DNA of 64,000 bases from Thermodesulfobacteriota bacterium (GTDB taxonomy: Bacteria; DASVDK01), in assembly GCA_036381125.1 (NCBI GenBank), contig DASVDK010000177.1:6104-70103 (forward strand), read 5' to 3'. This document shows, in pieces, positions 37,533 to 46,906 of the stretch. Position 1 is the first letter of the stretch. Each line of letters starts with the position of its first letter. The notes below the pieces were generated by a model, which searched no databases, was not told where the DNA came from, and saw only the letters and a program-made list of their open reading frames with translations. The position numbers and the translations under genes were made by a program.

Positions 37533-39001
37533 AACCTGAGCGTGACGCCGGCGTTCAGGCGGCCCTCCTCCGGATACTCGCGGCCGTCGTAGGTCGTCCG
37601 GTCGACCGCCACCGCGCCCTCGACGTCCACGGTGAGCCAGGGGACGCCGACGGCCAGCCCTGCGGTCAGGACCGGGCTGCTGCCCGACTCGGCCAGGTTC
37701 GTGTAGGCGCCGCCGCGCAACCGGAACCACTGGAAGGGCGCGAGCTCCACGCCGCCGCCGAGGATCCGGCTCCGCACCCCCGCGAGGGCCGTCTCGTTCT
37801 CCGTCAGGTCGATGTCCGCCGCGAGCGAAAGCCACCGGAGCGGCGCCCAGGAGACGCCGGCCCGCACCTGGGGGTCGACCTCGAGGTCGGGGCCGATCGG
37901 CGCCTCGAACCTCGGGCCGTTGAGGTGCTTGCCGACCACGCCGACGCCGATCGTCCGGTTCGGCCACCAGACCGCTCCCAGGTCGAGGCCGAACGCCGTG
38001 CTGTCGCGGTAGGACTCCCGGAGCTCGTCGAGCGCCTCCCCCGCGTCGGTGCCGAAGACCTCGATCTCCGAGACGTACACCCGACCCCGCATGAGCTTCA
38101 CCGACGCGCCGAGCCCGAGGCTGCCCAGGCGCCCGAGGCGGATCGGGTGGCCGTACGACAGCGGCACCTCGACGAGGCCGATGCCGCGGTTGCGCAGGAC
38201 CGAGGCGTTGGCGTCGATCGGGCCTCCGGAGCCGAGCGCCTCGGCAAGGGCGACGAGCGCGTCGGTCGCCTCGGCCGGCGTGACGCCGGCCTCGTTGGAG
38301 CCGTCGAGCTCGGCGTCGAACGCGCTCACCACATCGGCCGGGTTCGCGACGCCGGCCGCGGCGAGCGCGGCCTCGATCTCGGCGCGTTGGGCCGGCGAGA
38401 AGAAGGCGTTCGAGGGCGGCGCGCCGACGCCGAGCGCGCTCATGGCGGCGGCGTCGATGGGCGCGCCGCCCGCCTCCGGCAGGACGTTGGTCGTGTCGAT
38501 GTCGGGCAGCAGCGCCGCCTCGCCCGTCCCGTAGACGCCGAAGCCGAGGCGCCGGACGTGCAGCCCCGCGAGGGCGTTGGCGCGGACCGACAGCGCCCCC
38601 TCGCTCCGATCGATCTTCCGAAGCAGCGCGAGCATCTGCACGGCGTCGGCTGCGACGCCCCGGTCGGTCGCCGGCGATCCGGTGAAGTCGGCGATGGCCT
38701 CGACGTCGATGCGCGAGAGCCGGTCGAGGTCGTCGACGATGTCGTCGTGCGCGGCGGCGCCGACGCCCGCGCCGAGGCGAGCGGCGACCCGGCGGTTGAA
38801 CGCCAGGGCGGCGGGGTTCCAGTAGGGTGCGAGCCCGTCCGGCGGCCGGGCGACGCCCGCGCCGCCCATGCCGAGCGTGCCGAGGGGCTGGAACTCGACG
38901 GCGGCAGCCGGGGCGGCGGCAGCGAGGCCGAGGGCGGCGGCGAGAGCCGCCGCAGGGGCGAGCGGCCACCGGCCCGCCCATCGGTCCGGGGTTCGGTGCA
39001 T
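37529..39001 (-). CDS. outer membrane beta-barrel protein (TraF_2-like family)
   Basis: Signal peptide MHRTPDRWAGRWPLAPAAALAAALGLAAAAPAAA, alternating amphipathic strands and a C-terminal …GVTLRF ending in Phe. Confidence 0.55.
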   Translation of the reverse strand: MHRTPDRWAGRWPLAPAAALAAALGLAAAAPAAAVEFQPLGTLGMGGAGVARPPDGLAPYWNPAALAFNRRVAARLGAGVGAAAHDDIVDDLDRLSRIDVEAIADFTGSPATDRGVAADAVQMLALLRKIDRSEGALSVRANALAGLHVRRLGFGVYGTGEAALLPDIDTTNVLPEAGGAPIDAAAMSALGVGAPPSNAFFSPAQRAEIEAALAAAGVANPADVVSAFDAELDGSNEAGVTPAEATDALVALAEALGSGGPIDANASVLRNRGIGLVEVPLSYGHPIRLGRLGSLGLGASVKLMRGRVYVSEIEVFGTDAGEALDELRESYRDSTAFGLDLGAVWWPNRTIGVGVVGKHLNGPRFEAPIGPDLEVDPQVRAGVSWAPLRWLSLAADIDLTENETALAGVRSRILGGGVELAPFQWFRLRGGAYTNLAESGSSPVLTAGLAVGVPWLTVDVEGAVAVDRTTYDGREYPEEGRLNAGVTLRF

Positions 39002-39143
39002 GGGTCCCTCCCGCGAAGCGGCGGGACCTTACGCCAGGCGGGCCGGCGATGCAAGCGGAACCTGGTCTCGATCGTGAGGGACAGGCTCGGGCCGGAGTCG
39101 CACGCCGCGAGCCGGTGGACGGCGGTCGTTCGGCAGGGCGGCG

Positions 39144-40025
39144 TCAGCGTCCCGGCGCCCGCGCCTCCCCGCGAAGGGGCCCCCGCGCCTCGTCCTCCTC
39201 GCGGGCCGACCAGATGAGGAAGACGGTGGTGAGGGCGAAGAGCCAGAAGAACCCGCCCGCCACCCACATGATGAGCGCCCCGAGCTGCTGGTCGTAGAGG
39301 GCCGTCATGTCCGTGACCCGCGGCGCCTCGGCGTACCAGGGATAGAGCGGCTCGGTGGCGAGGGCGATGATCGCGCCCACGAGGGAGCCGGGCACGATCT
39401 GGAAGAAGAGATAGAGCATGGCGACCGGCGGCGCGAGCCTCGGCCAGCCGGGGACGCCGAGGGGGCCGCTGACGGGCCACCACATGATCACCGCGGTCAC
39501 CAGGTAGGCGAGGTGAAGCGCGATGTGGAAGTCGTGGTTCCGCATCTGCAGCTCGTACACGGGCACCACGTGGGAGACGGCGAAGAGGACGTTGAAGATC
39601 AGGAAGGCCGGCACCGGCCGCGTCACCCGGCGGCCGAGGGGGCCGATCACCCGCATGCGCGCGAGGGGCCGGAACGCCCAGGCCGGCATTCCGGCGAGGA
39701 GGAGCGGCGCCACGACCAGCGTCACGAGGAGGTGCTGCACCATGTGGACGCTGAAGAGGCAACAGTCGCCGTACTCGTGGATCGGACCGCTGAGCGCACC
39801 GAACATGACGGCGACCCCGGCCACGAAGGCCGCCTGCCGCGCGCGGTGAACCGGCGCCGACCCGGCGATCCGCGCGCGTCCCGGTCCGACGAGCCAGAAG
39901 TACCCGGCGAGAAGGGCGAGGCACCCGATGACGATGCTCGGGTGCCCGAGCCAGACGGTGAGCCCGTCGGGGACCGTGTAGGTCCCCGACGACGGGTCGA
40001 GGACGAGCGGATGGGAGAGGAGCAC
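39144..40025 (-). CDS. ctaG: cytochrome c oxidase assembly factor CtaG (Caa3_CtaG family) membrane protein
   Basis: Polytopic protein last in the cox operon. HMVQHLL…YELQMRNHDFHIALHLAYL motifs. Confidence 0.65.
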   Translation of the reverse strand: MLLSHPLVLDPSSGTYTVPDGLTVWLGHPSIVIGCLALLAGYFWLVGPGRARIAGSAPVHRARQAAFVAGVAVMFGALSGPIHEYGDCCLFSVHMVQHLLVTLVVAPLLLAGMPAWAFRPLARMRVIGPLGRRVTRPVPAFLIFNVLFAVSHVVPVYELQMRNHDFHIALHLAYLVTAVIMWWPVSGPLGVPGWPRLAPPVAMLYLFFQIVPGSLVGAIIALATEPLYPWYAEAPRVTDMTALYDQQLGALIMWVAGGFFWLFALTTVFLIWSAREEDEARGPLRGEARAPGR

Positions 40026-40029
40026 CCCG

Positions 40030-40356
40030 CTACCAGAGCCCCTTGAAGAGGGCGATGAAGGACAGGATCGTCGCCGTCGCCACCATGAGGCCGAAGAGGA
40101 AGAAGCCCGAGAAGATCCGGCTGTCGAACTTGAGGTGCATGTAGTAGGCGACGACGAGGGCGAACTTCAACGTGCCGAGCGCGAGGATCGTCGGGACGAG
40201 GATCGGCCGCAGGAAGGTCGCGTAGTAGGTCCAGACCTCGACCGCCGTGACGACGGTGAGGATGACGGCGATCTTCCAGTAGGTCGCGTCCGACGCGTGC
40301 GTCTGGTGCGCCGCCTGGTGGCCCGTCTGCGAGATGGCGTTGCCGTGGTCGCTCAT
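40030..40356 (-). CDS. cytochrome c oxidase subunit IV (prokaryotic CoxIV family)
   Basis: A 108 aa two-TM protein with YWKIAVILTVVTAVEV…, sitting between coxC and ctaG. Start inferred at MSDHG. Confidence 0.7.
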   Translation of the reverse strand: MSDHGNAISQTGHQAAHQTHASDATYWKIAVILTVVTAVEVWTYYATFLRPILVPTILALGTLKFALVVAYYMHLKFDSRIFSGFFLFGLMVATATILSFIALFKGLW

Positions 40357-40367
40357 GCGCGTGGCTC

Positions 40368-41000
40368 CTACGGGATCAGGTAGATGATCGCGAAGAGGAC
40401 GATCCAGACGATGTCGACGAAGTGCCAGTAGAGGCCGCAGATCTCCACGTTGATGGCGTTCGCCGGCGTGAGGCGGCCGGTGAACGACCAGAGGAAGAGG
40501 GAGAGCAGCCAGACGACCCCCACCGTCACGTGCGCGCCGTGGAACCCGGTCAGGGTGAAGAAGGTCGCGCCGAAGAGGTTGCCGCCGAGCGAGAGCCCCT
40601 TGTGATAGAACTCCGTGAACTCGTAGACCTGGAAGCCCACGAAGATCGAGCCGAGGGCGGCGGTCATGAAGATCCAGAAGCGGAACTTCCGCATGTTGCC
40701 GGCGGTGATGCCCGAGAGCGCCAGCACCATGGCGAGGCTGCTCATGAGGAGCACGAACGCGCTCACCGACGTGAGCGGGATGTTCAGGATCCCCTCGCCG
40801 AGCGCCGTCGTGTGCGGCGTCGGTCCGACGGCGTCCCGCCCCTTGTAGACGAGATAGGTCGCGATGAGCGACCCGAAGAACATGCAGTCCGAGCCGAGGA
40901 ACGCCCACCAGAGCATCTTGCGGTGGTCGAGCCCCGTTGCCGTCGCGTGCTCGACGCCGTGCGCGTCGAGGTGGGCGGTGGCGGAATGGGTTGCGGACAT
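40368..41000 (-). CDS. coxC: cytochrome c oxidase subunit III
   Basis: 210 aa with …FFGSLIATYLVY… and …TGFHGAHVTVGVVWL…. Confidence 0.9.
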   Translation of the reverse strand: MSATHSATAHLDAHGVEHATATGLDHRKMLWWAFLGSDCMFFGSLIATYLVYKGRDAVGPTPHTTALGEGILNIPLTSVSAFVLLMSSLAMVLALSGITAGNMRKFRFWIFMTAALGSIFVGFQVYEFTEFYHKGLSLGGNLFGATFFTLTGFHGAHVTVGVVWLLSLFLWSFTGRLTPANAINVEICGLYWHFVDIVWIVLFAIIYLIP

Positions 41001-41031
41001 GGGTTGTCGTCTCCTCGAGATGTCGTTCGGC

Positions 41032-42849
41032 CTAGCTGGCCGGCTCGAAGGCCCACGCGAAGAAGCCCGCGAGCATGATCCCCACGCCGGTCAGGAAGAC
41101 CGGCACCGAGTGCGAGACGCCGCCGGCGCCCATGGCCAGCAGGCCCACGGCGGCGAACGCCGGCCAGAACGACGGGTTCGGCAGGTGGATGCCGTGACCG
41201 TCGCCGGCCGTGACCCCGGTCTGGCTCCGCTCCTCCCAGAGCGGGTAGCGGCTCTGCACCGTCGGGACCACGGCGAAGTTGTAGGCCGGAGGCGGTGAGG
41301 GGATCGACCACTCGAGGGTCGGCGCGTCCCACGGGTTGACCGGCGCGCGGTCGCCGCTGCGCAGGCTCTTCATGAGGGTCCAGATGAAGACCAGGAACGC
41401 CAGCATGAGCACGAAGGCGCCGATGGTCGAGGCCATGTTGAGGCCGCCGAGCCCGAGCTCCTCGTGGTACGTGTAGATGCGGCGAGGCATCCCCAGGAGC
41501 CCGATCATGTGCATCGGGAAGAAGGTGAGGTTGAACCCGATCAGGGCGAGCCAGAACACCACCTTCCCGAGCTTCTCGTCGAGCATCTTCCCCGTCATCT
41601 TCGGGAACCAGTAGTGGAAGCCCCCGAGGAGGGCGAAGAGCGCCCCGCCGAACAGCACGTAGTGGAAGTGGGCGACGATGTAGTACGTGTCGGTCTGCTG
41701 CAGGTCGGCCGGCGGCGAGGCGTGGTGCACGCCCGACAGCCCGCCCATCGTGAACATCGCGATGAAGGCGACCCCGTAGAGCAGCGGCGTCCGCATCGCG
41801 ATGGACCCGCCCCAGAGCGTCGCGAGCCAGTTGAAGATCTTGACGCCGGTCGGGATGGCGATCGCCATCGTCGTGACGGCGAAGATCGCGTCGGCGAGCG
41901 GCCCCATGCCGACCGCGAACATGTGGTGCGCCCAGACGCCGAAGCCGAGCACGGCGATCCCGATGCCCGAGAGGATGACGAAGGGATAGCCGAACAGCGG
42001 CTTGCGCGCGAACGTCGGCAGCACCTCGGAGATGATGCCGAAGGCCGGCAGGATCAGGATGTAGACCTCCGGGTGGCCGAACACCCAGAAGAGGTGCTGC
42101 CAGAGCACCGGATCACCGCCGCCCTGCGGGATGTAGAAGTGCGTCCCGAAGTACCGGTCGAACGTGAGGAGGATCAGCGCGACCGTGACGACCGGAAACG
42201 CCAGGGCGACCAGGACGTTCGTGATGAGCGTCATCCAGACGAACGGCGGCATCCGCATCAGCCGCATGCCCGGCGCGCGGAGGTTCACGATCGTCACGAT
42301 GAAGTTGAAGGCCGAGGCGAGCGACGAGACGCCGAGGATCTGGAGCCCCACGAGCCAGTAGTCCACCGACTTGCCCGGCGAGTACTGCGGCGAGGTGAGG
42401 TTCGCGTAGCCGAACCACCCCGTGTCCGGCGCCGCCCCCGCGATCCAGCTCCAGTTCAGCACGAGCGCCCCGGCGAGGAAGACCCAGTAGCTGAACGCGT
42501 TGAGCCTCGGAAACGCCACGTCCCGCGCGCCGATCATGAGCGGCACGAGGTAATTGAAGTACATGGCGTTGAGCGGCATGATCGCCAGGAAGATCATCGT
42601 CGTGCCGTGCATCGTGAAGAGCTCGTTGTAGGTCTGAGCCGTCACGAGGTCGTTGTTCGGCACGGCGAGCTGCGTGCGGATGATCAGCGCCTCGATGCCT
42701 CCGAGCAGGAAGAAGACGAAGGCGCTCACACCGTAGAGGATGGCGATCCGCTTGTGGTCGACGGTGGTGATCCAGCTCCACACGCCGCCGGCGTACGGGC
42801 TCACCGCCGGGGCGGCGGCGGCCGTTGCGCCCATGGCTCTCGTCGTCAT
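41032..42849 (-). CDS. coxA: cytochrome c oxidase subunit I
   Basis: WFGHPEVYILILPAFGIISEV and HHMFAVGM copper/heme ligand motifs. ATG at 42849 overlaps the coxB stop (ATGA). Confidence 0.95.
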   Translation of the reverse strand: MTTRAMGATAAAAPAVSPYAGGVWSWITTVDHKRIAILYGVSAFVFFLLGGIEALIIRTQLAVPNNDLVTAQTYNELFTMHGTTMIFLAIMPLNAMYFNYLVPLMIGARDVAFPRLNAFSYWVFLAGALVLNWSWIAGAAPDTGWFGYANLTSPQYSPGKSVDYWLVGLQILGVSSLASAFNFIVTIVNLRAPGMRLMRMPPFVWMTLITNVLVALAFPVVTVALILLTFDRYFGTHFYIPQGGGDPVLWQHLFWVFGHPEVYILILPAFGIISEVLPTFARKPLFGYPFVILSGIGIAVLGFGVWAHHMFAVGMGPLADAIFAVTTMAIAIPTGVKIFNWLATLWGGSIAMRTPLLYGVAFIAMFTMGGLSGVHHASPPADLQQTDTYYIVAHFHYVLFGGALFALLGGFHYWFPKMTGKMLDEKLGKVVFWLALIGFNLTFFPMHMIGLLGMPRRIYTYHEELGLGGLNMASTIGAFVLMLAFLVFIWTLMKSLRSGDRAPVNPWDAPTLEWSIPSPPPAYNFAVVPTVQSRYPLWEERSQTGVTAGDGHGIHLPNPSFWPAFAAVGLLAMGAGGVSHSVPVFLTGVGIMLAGFFAWAFEPAS

Positions 42850-43889
42850 TTGAGGCTCCCGAGGTAGGCGACCAGGGCCTGCACGGTCTCGTCGTTCAGG
42901 TTGAGGTTGGGCATCTTCGACCCGGGCTTCACCGCCGGCGGGTTCCTGAGCCACCGCGCGAGGTTCTCCGGGGTGTTCGGCATCATGCCTGCCGCGATGG
43001 TGTGGCGGCGGGCGAAGTACGTGAGGTCGGGCCCGATGACGCCGGCAGCGGGCGTGCCCGCGATCCGGTGGCACCCGATGCAGGCGCTGGTGATGAACGC
43101 CTGAGCACCTTTGGCCGCGAGCGGATCGGTCGTGTCCGGCGGCTTCGGGGCCTTGAAGTCCTGGACCCAGCGGTCGAACTCCGCCGGCTCGGCGACCACC
43201 ACGCGGAAGCCCATGTTGGCGTGCGAGGCGCCGCAGAACTCCGCGCACTGGCCCCAGAAGAGGTCGGCGACCTGCGGGGTCAGGCTGATGTGGTTCACGT
43301 GGCCGGGAACGAGGTCACGCTTGCCGCCGAGCTTCGGCGCCCAGAAGCTGTGGATCACGTCCGCCGACTCGAGGGCGATGTCGACCTTGCGCCCCCTGGG
43401 GAGCCAGAGGTCGTTCGCCGTGACGATGTCGAGCTGCGGGTAGCGGAACTCCCACCACCACTGGTGCCCGATCGCACGGACCTGCAGGTTCTCCTCGGCG
43501 GGCGGCGCCTGGGTGTCGAAGATCGTCTGCACGGTCGGCACCGCCACCGACGCCAGGATGAGCGCCGGGGCGAGCGTCCACGCGATCTCGATCCGGGTGT
43601 TGCCGTGGACCTGGGCCGGAAGCGGCTGGCCGGGCCTGCGGCGGAACCGGAAGATCGCATAGATCAACAGGACCTCGACCAGGATGAAGATCACGATGGA
43701 CCACCAGATGATGGTCCAGAAGAGGTCGTTGATGGTATGCGCGAAGTCCGAGTGCGGATCCATGGCGTTCTGGACGTACTCGCCAGCGCAACCGGACAGC
43801 AGGATCGTCAGAGCCGGGAGGACGACACCGGACAGGAAGCGGACCCGTCCGGGCCGCGCGTATGTGCCGTGTGCCACGCTGTGGACCAC
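42846..43889 (-). CDS. coxB: cytochrome c oxidase subunit II with fused C-terminal cytochrome c domain (caa3-type)
   Basis: CuA site HSFWAPKLGGKRDLVPG…CAEFCGASHANM, then CIGCHRI heme-binding in the C-terminal extension. Lipoprotein-like N-terminus. Confidence 0.9.
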   Translation of the reverse strand: MVHSVAHGTYARPGRVRFLSGVVLPALTILLSGCAGEYVQNAMDPHSDFAHTINDLFWTIIWWSIVIFILVEVLLIYAIFRFRRRPGQPLPAQVHGNTRIEIAWTLAPALILASVAVPTVQTIFDTQAPPAEENLQVRAIGHQWWWEFRYPQLDIVTANDLWLPRGRKVDIALESADVIHSFWAPKLGGKRDLVPGHVNHISLTPQVADLFWGQCAEFCGASHANMGFRVVVAEPAEFDRWVQDFKAPKPPDTTDPLAAKGAQAFITSACIGCHRIAGTPAAGVIGPDLTYFARRHTIAAGMMPNTPENLARWLRNPPAVKPGSKMPNLNLNDETVQALVAYLGSLK

Positions 43890-44191
43890 CTTCGCAAGAG
43901 AGGGTGACGGTCAGTTTGCTGGAGACCAGGGTAGTTTTGATCTGAAACAGTAGCCCGGTCAAGTGATACCTGGCACATGCTTGGTTTTGCACGACTTTAT
44001 CGGCGCCGGGCCTCTCCGGAAAGCTCCGTAACCGCTCGAAGCGTCCGCCTGTCGAGTCAGCGGGCCGACGGGCCCGGCCCTGCGGGGCTGTCGCGGCGCC
44101 CGCGGCTGCGGCGGGCGAGGGTGCGGCGCTGTCCCGGGTGGGGCGTGTCTCGGGGAGGCGGGCCGGCTGGCGCCGGCCCGCCAGATGGGCG

Positions 44192-44752
44192 CTACTTGCC
44201 CTTGAGGGAGAGGATGTAGGCTACGAGGGCGTGCCGGTCGGCCTCCGGGAGCGAGGCCCAGGAGACCATCGCCGTTCCGGGCACCCCGTTGGTAATGGTC
44301 TGAAAGATCTGGTCCGGCGAGCCGCCGTGCTTCCACTCGTCGTCGGTCAGGTCCTGCGGCTTCGGGTTGAGGGCCGCGGCGGCCGGCCCGTCGCCGTGCC
44401 CGCTGGCGCCGTGGCAGGTGGCGCAGTTCTGGGCGAAGAGCTGCTGGCCGCGCTGGACGTCACCGCCGCCACCGCCACCGCCCGCCGGGGCCGCCGCGAC
44501 CTGCGTGCCGCCGCCTGCCCCGGGGCTCGCCTCGGTGGTCGCGCCGGCGGGCGACTCATCGGCGGCCGGTGCTGCAGGGGAGGCGGCGGCCGTGGGGCCT
44601 GCCGGGGACGTCGCCGCCTGCGGGCTCGAGGCGGCCTGACCGCCCGGCGCCGGAGATTCGCCCTGGCTGCAACCGGCGGCGAGCCCGCCGCCGAGCAGGG
44701 CCGATGCCATCAGTGCTGCCACGCGCCCGGAAACCGGGAAGAGCTGTCGCAT
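44192..44752 (-). CDS. lipoprotein cytochrome c (class I) with Ala/Pro/Gly-rich linker
   Basis: Lipobox LAAGC, a low-complexity linker of about 80 aa, then heme-binding CATCHG and …AMVSWASL…. Confidence 0.8.
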   Translation of the reverse strand: MRQLFPVSGRVAALMASALLGGGLAAGCSQGESPAPGGQAASSPQAATSPAGPTAAASPAAPAADESPAGATTEASPGAGGGTQVAAAPAGGGGGGGDVQRGQQLFAQNCATCHGASGHGDGPAAAALNPKPQDLTDDEWKHGGSPDQIFQTITNGVPGTAMVSWASLPEADRHALVAYILSLKGK

Positions 44753-44988
44753 GTGAGTCCTCCTTACGGGAGACCAGGTGAGTTAATTAGAGGAGACGCT
44801 GCCGGGGGGCGCGGTCTCGAGGACCGGGTGAACAGGCGAGCAAGAAGCGCGCCGGCCTGTCGCGAGCCTGGGTGGCGCTATCCTATCGCGTCCGGACGCT
44901 CGCTGCCGGTAGCCGGTCAGGGGATCTGCCCCACGTCCTGCGGCGCAGCGCCGGGTCCGTGCTCGGGCGAGCGATCGGGAGAGGCCCA

Positions 44989-45951
44989 GTGAAGCTGCGC
45001 GGATGTCGGATCGCTGCCGGAGTCGTGCTGGCCGCCCTGGTCGCCGGGTGCGGCGGCGCCAGCGGGGACGACGCCGGCACGTTCAGCCTCCAGATCGGCG
45101 ACACACCGATCGACGGTACGTCGCGCGCGGTGGTGACGTTCGACCGGGTGGAACTGGTCGGTGAAGGGGGGCGGCTCACGGTCTGGCAGGGGTTCGAGAC
45201 GGTCGACCTCCAGCGGCTCGGCGGCTGCGTCCTCTTCGACCTCGTCCCGCCGACCACGGTCCCGGCCGGGACCTACGCGGAGATCCGGCTCGGCATCGTC
45301 GCGCAGGACGACCCGCGGTTCCGATCGACCGACGAGCTGCCCCACCCGAGCTTCGTCGACCTCGGCGGCGCCGACGTCCGGCTGCTCAGCGTGCCGGGCG
45401 GCGGGCAGGCCGAGGCCAGGATCCCGGGGCCGTTCGTCGTCCCCGACGGCGGCTCGCTCGGCGTCCTGGCCGACCTCGACCTGCGCCGGTCGATTCGCAC
45501 CGTCGCGTCCGGCGCGGGCGCCCGGTACATCCTCCGGCCCGTCCTCAGGACGGTCGAGGACGCGCAGGCCGCCGCCATCCGGGGGACGGTCCGCAAGGCC
45601 GACGGCTCGGCCTTCTCCGCCGCGGAGGCGCCCGTGGTCTACGCGTGGCGGGGCACCGGCTCGCTCGTCGATCCCACGACCGACTTCGTGGATGCGGCGA
45701 AGGTGGTCGCGTCGGCCATCCCGCGGCCGGCCGGCGATCCGGCCGAGGGGGAGTACTGCCTCGGGCCGCTCGAGCCGGGCACCTACCGGGTGACGGCCGT
45801 GGCGGGGGTCGAGACGGTGGCCGCGCTCGACGGTGCGCTCCTCGACCGGTGGGACGGCCGCTACGCGCCCGCCGAGGTCGACGCGCCCGTGACGGTCGGC
45901 GCGGCGCAGACCGCCGACGGCGTCTCGTTCACGCTCTCCCCCCTCTACTGA
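44989..45951 (+). CDS. lipoprotein, paralog 1 (DUF4382-like N-domain plus CarbReg-like C-domain)
   Basis: Lipobox LVAGCGG. Conserved VVTFDRVELVG…DLVPPTTVPAGTYAEIRL. GTG start at 44989 with a gggagagg SD. The ATG at 44872 in the track would add an implausible 39 aa leader. Confidence 0.6.
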   Translation: MKLRGCRIAAGVVLAALVAGCGGASGDDAGTFSLQIGDTPIDGTSRAVVTFDRVELVGEGGRLTVWQGFETVDLQRLGGCVLFDLVPPTTVPAGTYAEIRLGIVAQDDPRFRSTDELPHPSFVDLGGADVRLLSVPGGGQAEARIPGPFVVPDGGSLGVLADLDLRRSIRTVASGAGARYILRPVLRTVEDAQAAAIRGTVRKADGSAFSAAEAPVVYAWRGTGSLVDPTTDFVDAAKVVASAIPRPAGDPAEGEYCLGPLEPGTYRVTAVAGVETVAALDGALLDRWDGRYAPAEVDAPVTVGAAQTADGVSFTLSPLY

Positions 45952-46889
45952 TCCGTCCCTCGAGAGCGCCCGTCAGACCGCCCGATCGCCGGGGAGCGGC
46001 GCTGGCGCTCGCCGCTGCGCTGGCGGGCTGCGGCGCCGGCGAGGAGCAGGGGACCGGGACCTTCGGCCTGCGGATGGGGGACGCGCCGATCGAGGGCGCG
46101 GAGCGCGTCGTCGTCACGTTCGACCGCGTCGAGCTCGTCGGCGCGCCGGGCCGGGTGACGGTGTGGGAGGGCCGACGGTCGGTCGACCTCCTCGAGTTCC
46201 GGAACTGCGAGCTCTTCGACCTCGTGCCGCCGACCAGCGTGCCGGCCGGCGTCTACGAGCAGGTGCGGCTCCACATCGTCGGCCCGAGCGGCCGGGACCC
46301 GATGCCGAACTACGTCGAGTTCGCCGGCGGCCGGCGCGAGGCGCTCGAGGTCCCGAGCGGCGGGCAGTCGGGCGCCAGGATCCCGGGGCCGTTCGTCGTC
46401 CCCGCCGGCGGCTCGCTCGGCGTCCTGGCCGACTTCGACCTCGGCAAGTCGATCCACCTCGTCGAGACGGGGAGCGGGAAGTACCTCCTCCGCCCGGTCC
46501 TGCGCGCGGTCGAGGACGTGCGGGCCGCGGCCGTCCGCGGCACGGTGACGGCGGTCGGGGGCGAGCCCCTGGCGCTCGAGGACGCCCCCGTGGTCTACGC
46601 GTGGCAGGGGACCGGCCCGCTCGTCGACCCCGCGACGCGCATCGTCGCCGCCGAGAAGGTGGTCGCCTCGGCCGCGCCGAGGGTCGACGGGAGCTACTGT
46701 CTCGGCCCCCTCGGGGCCGGAACCTACCAGGTCACGGCGCTCGCCGGGGTCCATCGGGCCCCGGTCGGAGACACCCTCGTGGACCAGTGGGACGGCCGCT
46801 TCACGCAGGAGACCTGGCCCGTCCCGCTGGCGCTCGAGTCGGGCGAGGAGGCGACGGGCGTGGACTTCTCTCTCTCGCCGATCCCGTAG
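45951..46889 (+). CDS. lipoprotein, paralog 2 (tandem duplicate of 44989..45951)
   Basis: …RRGAALALAAALAGCGAGEEQGTGTFGLRMGDAPIEGAERVVVTFDRVELVG… is about 55% identical to paralog 1. No ATG/GTG/TTG lies between paralog 1's TGA and the lipobox, so the start is unresolved. Confidence 0.5.
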   Translation: MRPSRAPVRPPDRRGAALALAAALAGCGAGEEQGTGTFGLRMGDAPIEGAERVVVTFDRVELVGAPGRVTVWEGRRSVDLLEFRNCELFDLVPPTSVPAGVYEQVRLHIVGPSGRDPMPNYVEFAGGRREALEVPSGGQSGARIPGPFVVPAGGSLGVLADFDLGKSIHLVETGSGKYLLRPVLRAVEDVRAAAVRGTVTAVGGEPLALEDAPVVYAWQGTGPLVDPATRIVAAEKVVASAAPRVDGSYCLGPLGAGTYQVTALAGVHRAPVGDTLVDQWDGRFTQETWPVPLALESGEEATGVDFSLSPIP

Positions 46890-46906
46890 CGTCGGCGCCG
46901 CGGCGC

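Noticed and set aside
43968-43992. TGGCAC…TTGCA resembling a sigma54 -24/-12 promoter upstream of coxB
   Set aside because: The GG-to-GC spacing is 17 instead of 12. The element is also on the plus strand while the nearby genes (coxB, cytochrome c) are on the minus strand.
44872-44988. ATG at 44872 as the start of lipoprotein paralog 1
   Set aside because: It would add a 39-residue leader before the signal peptide. The GTG at 44989 has a good SD and gives a normal lipoprotein signal.
45645-45950. ATG at 45645 as the start of lipoprotein paralog 2
   Set aside because: It would overlap paralog 1 by 300 nt in another frame and put about 100 residues before the lipobox.
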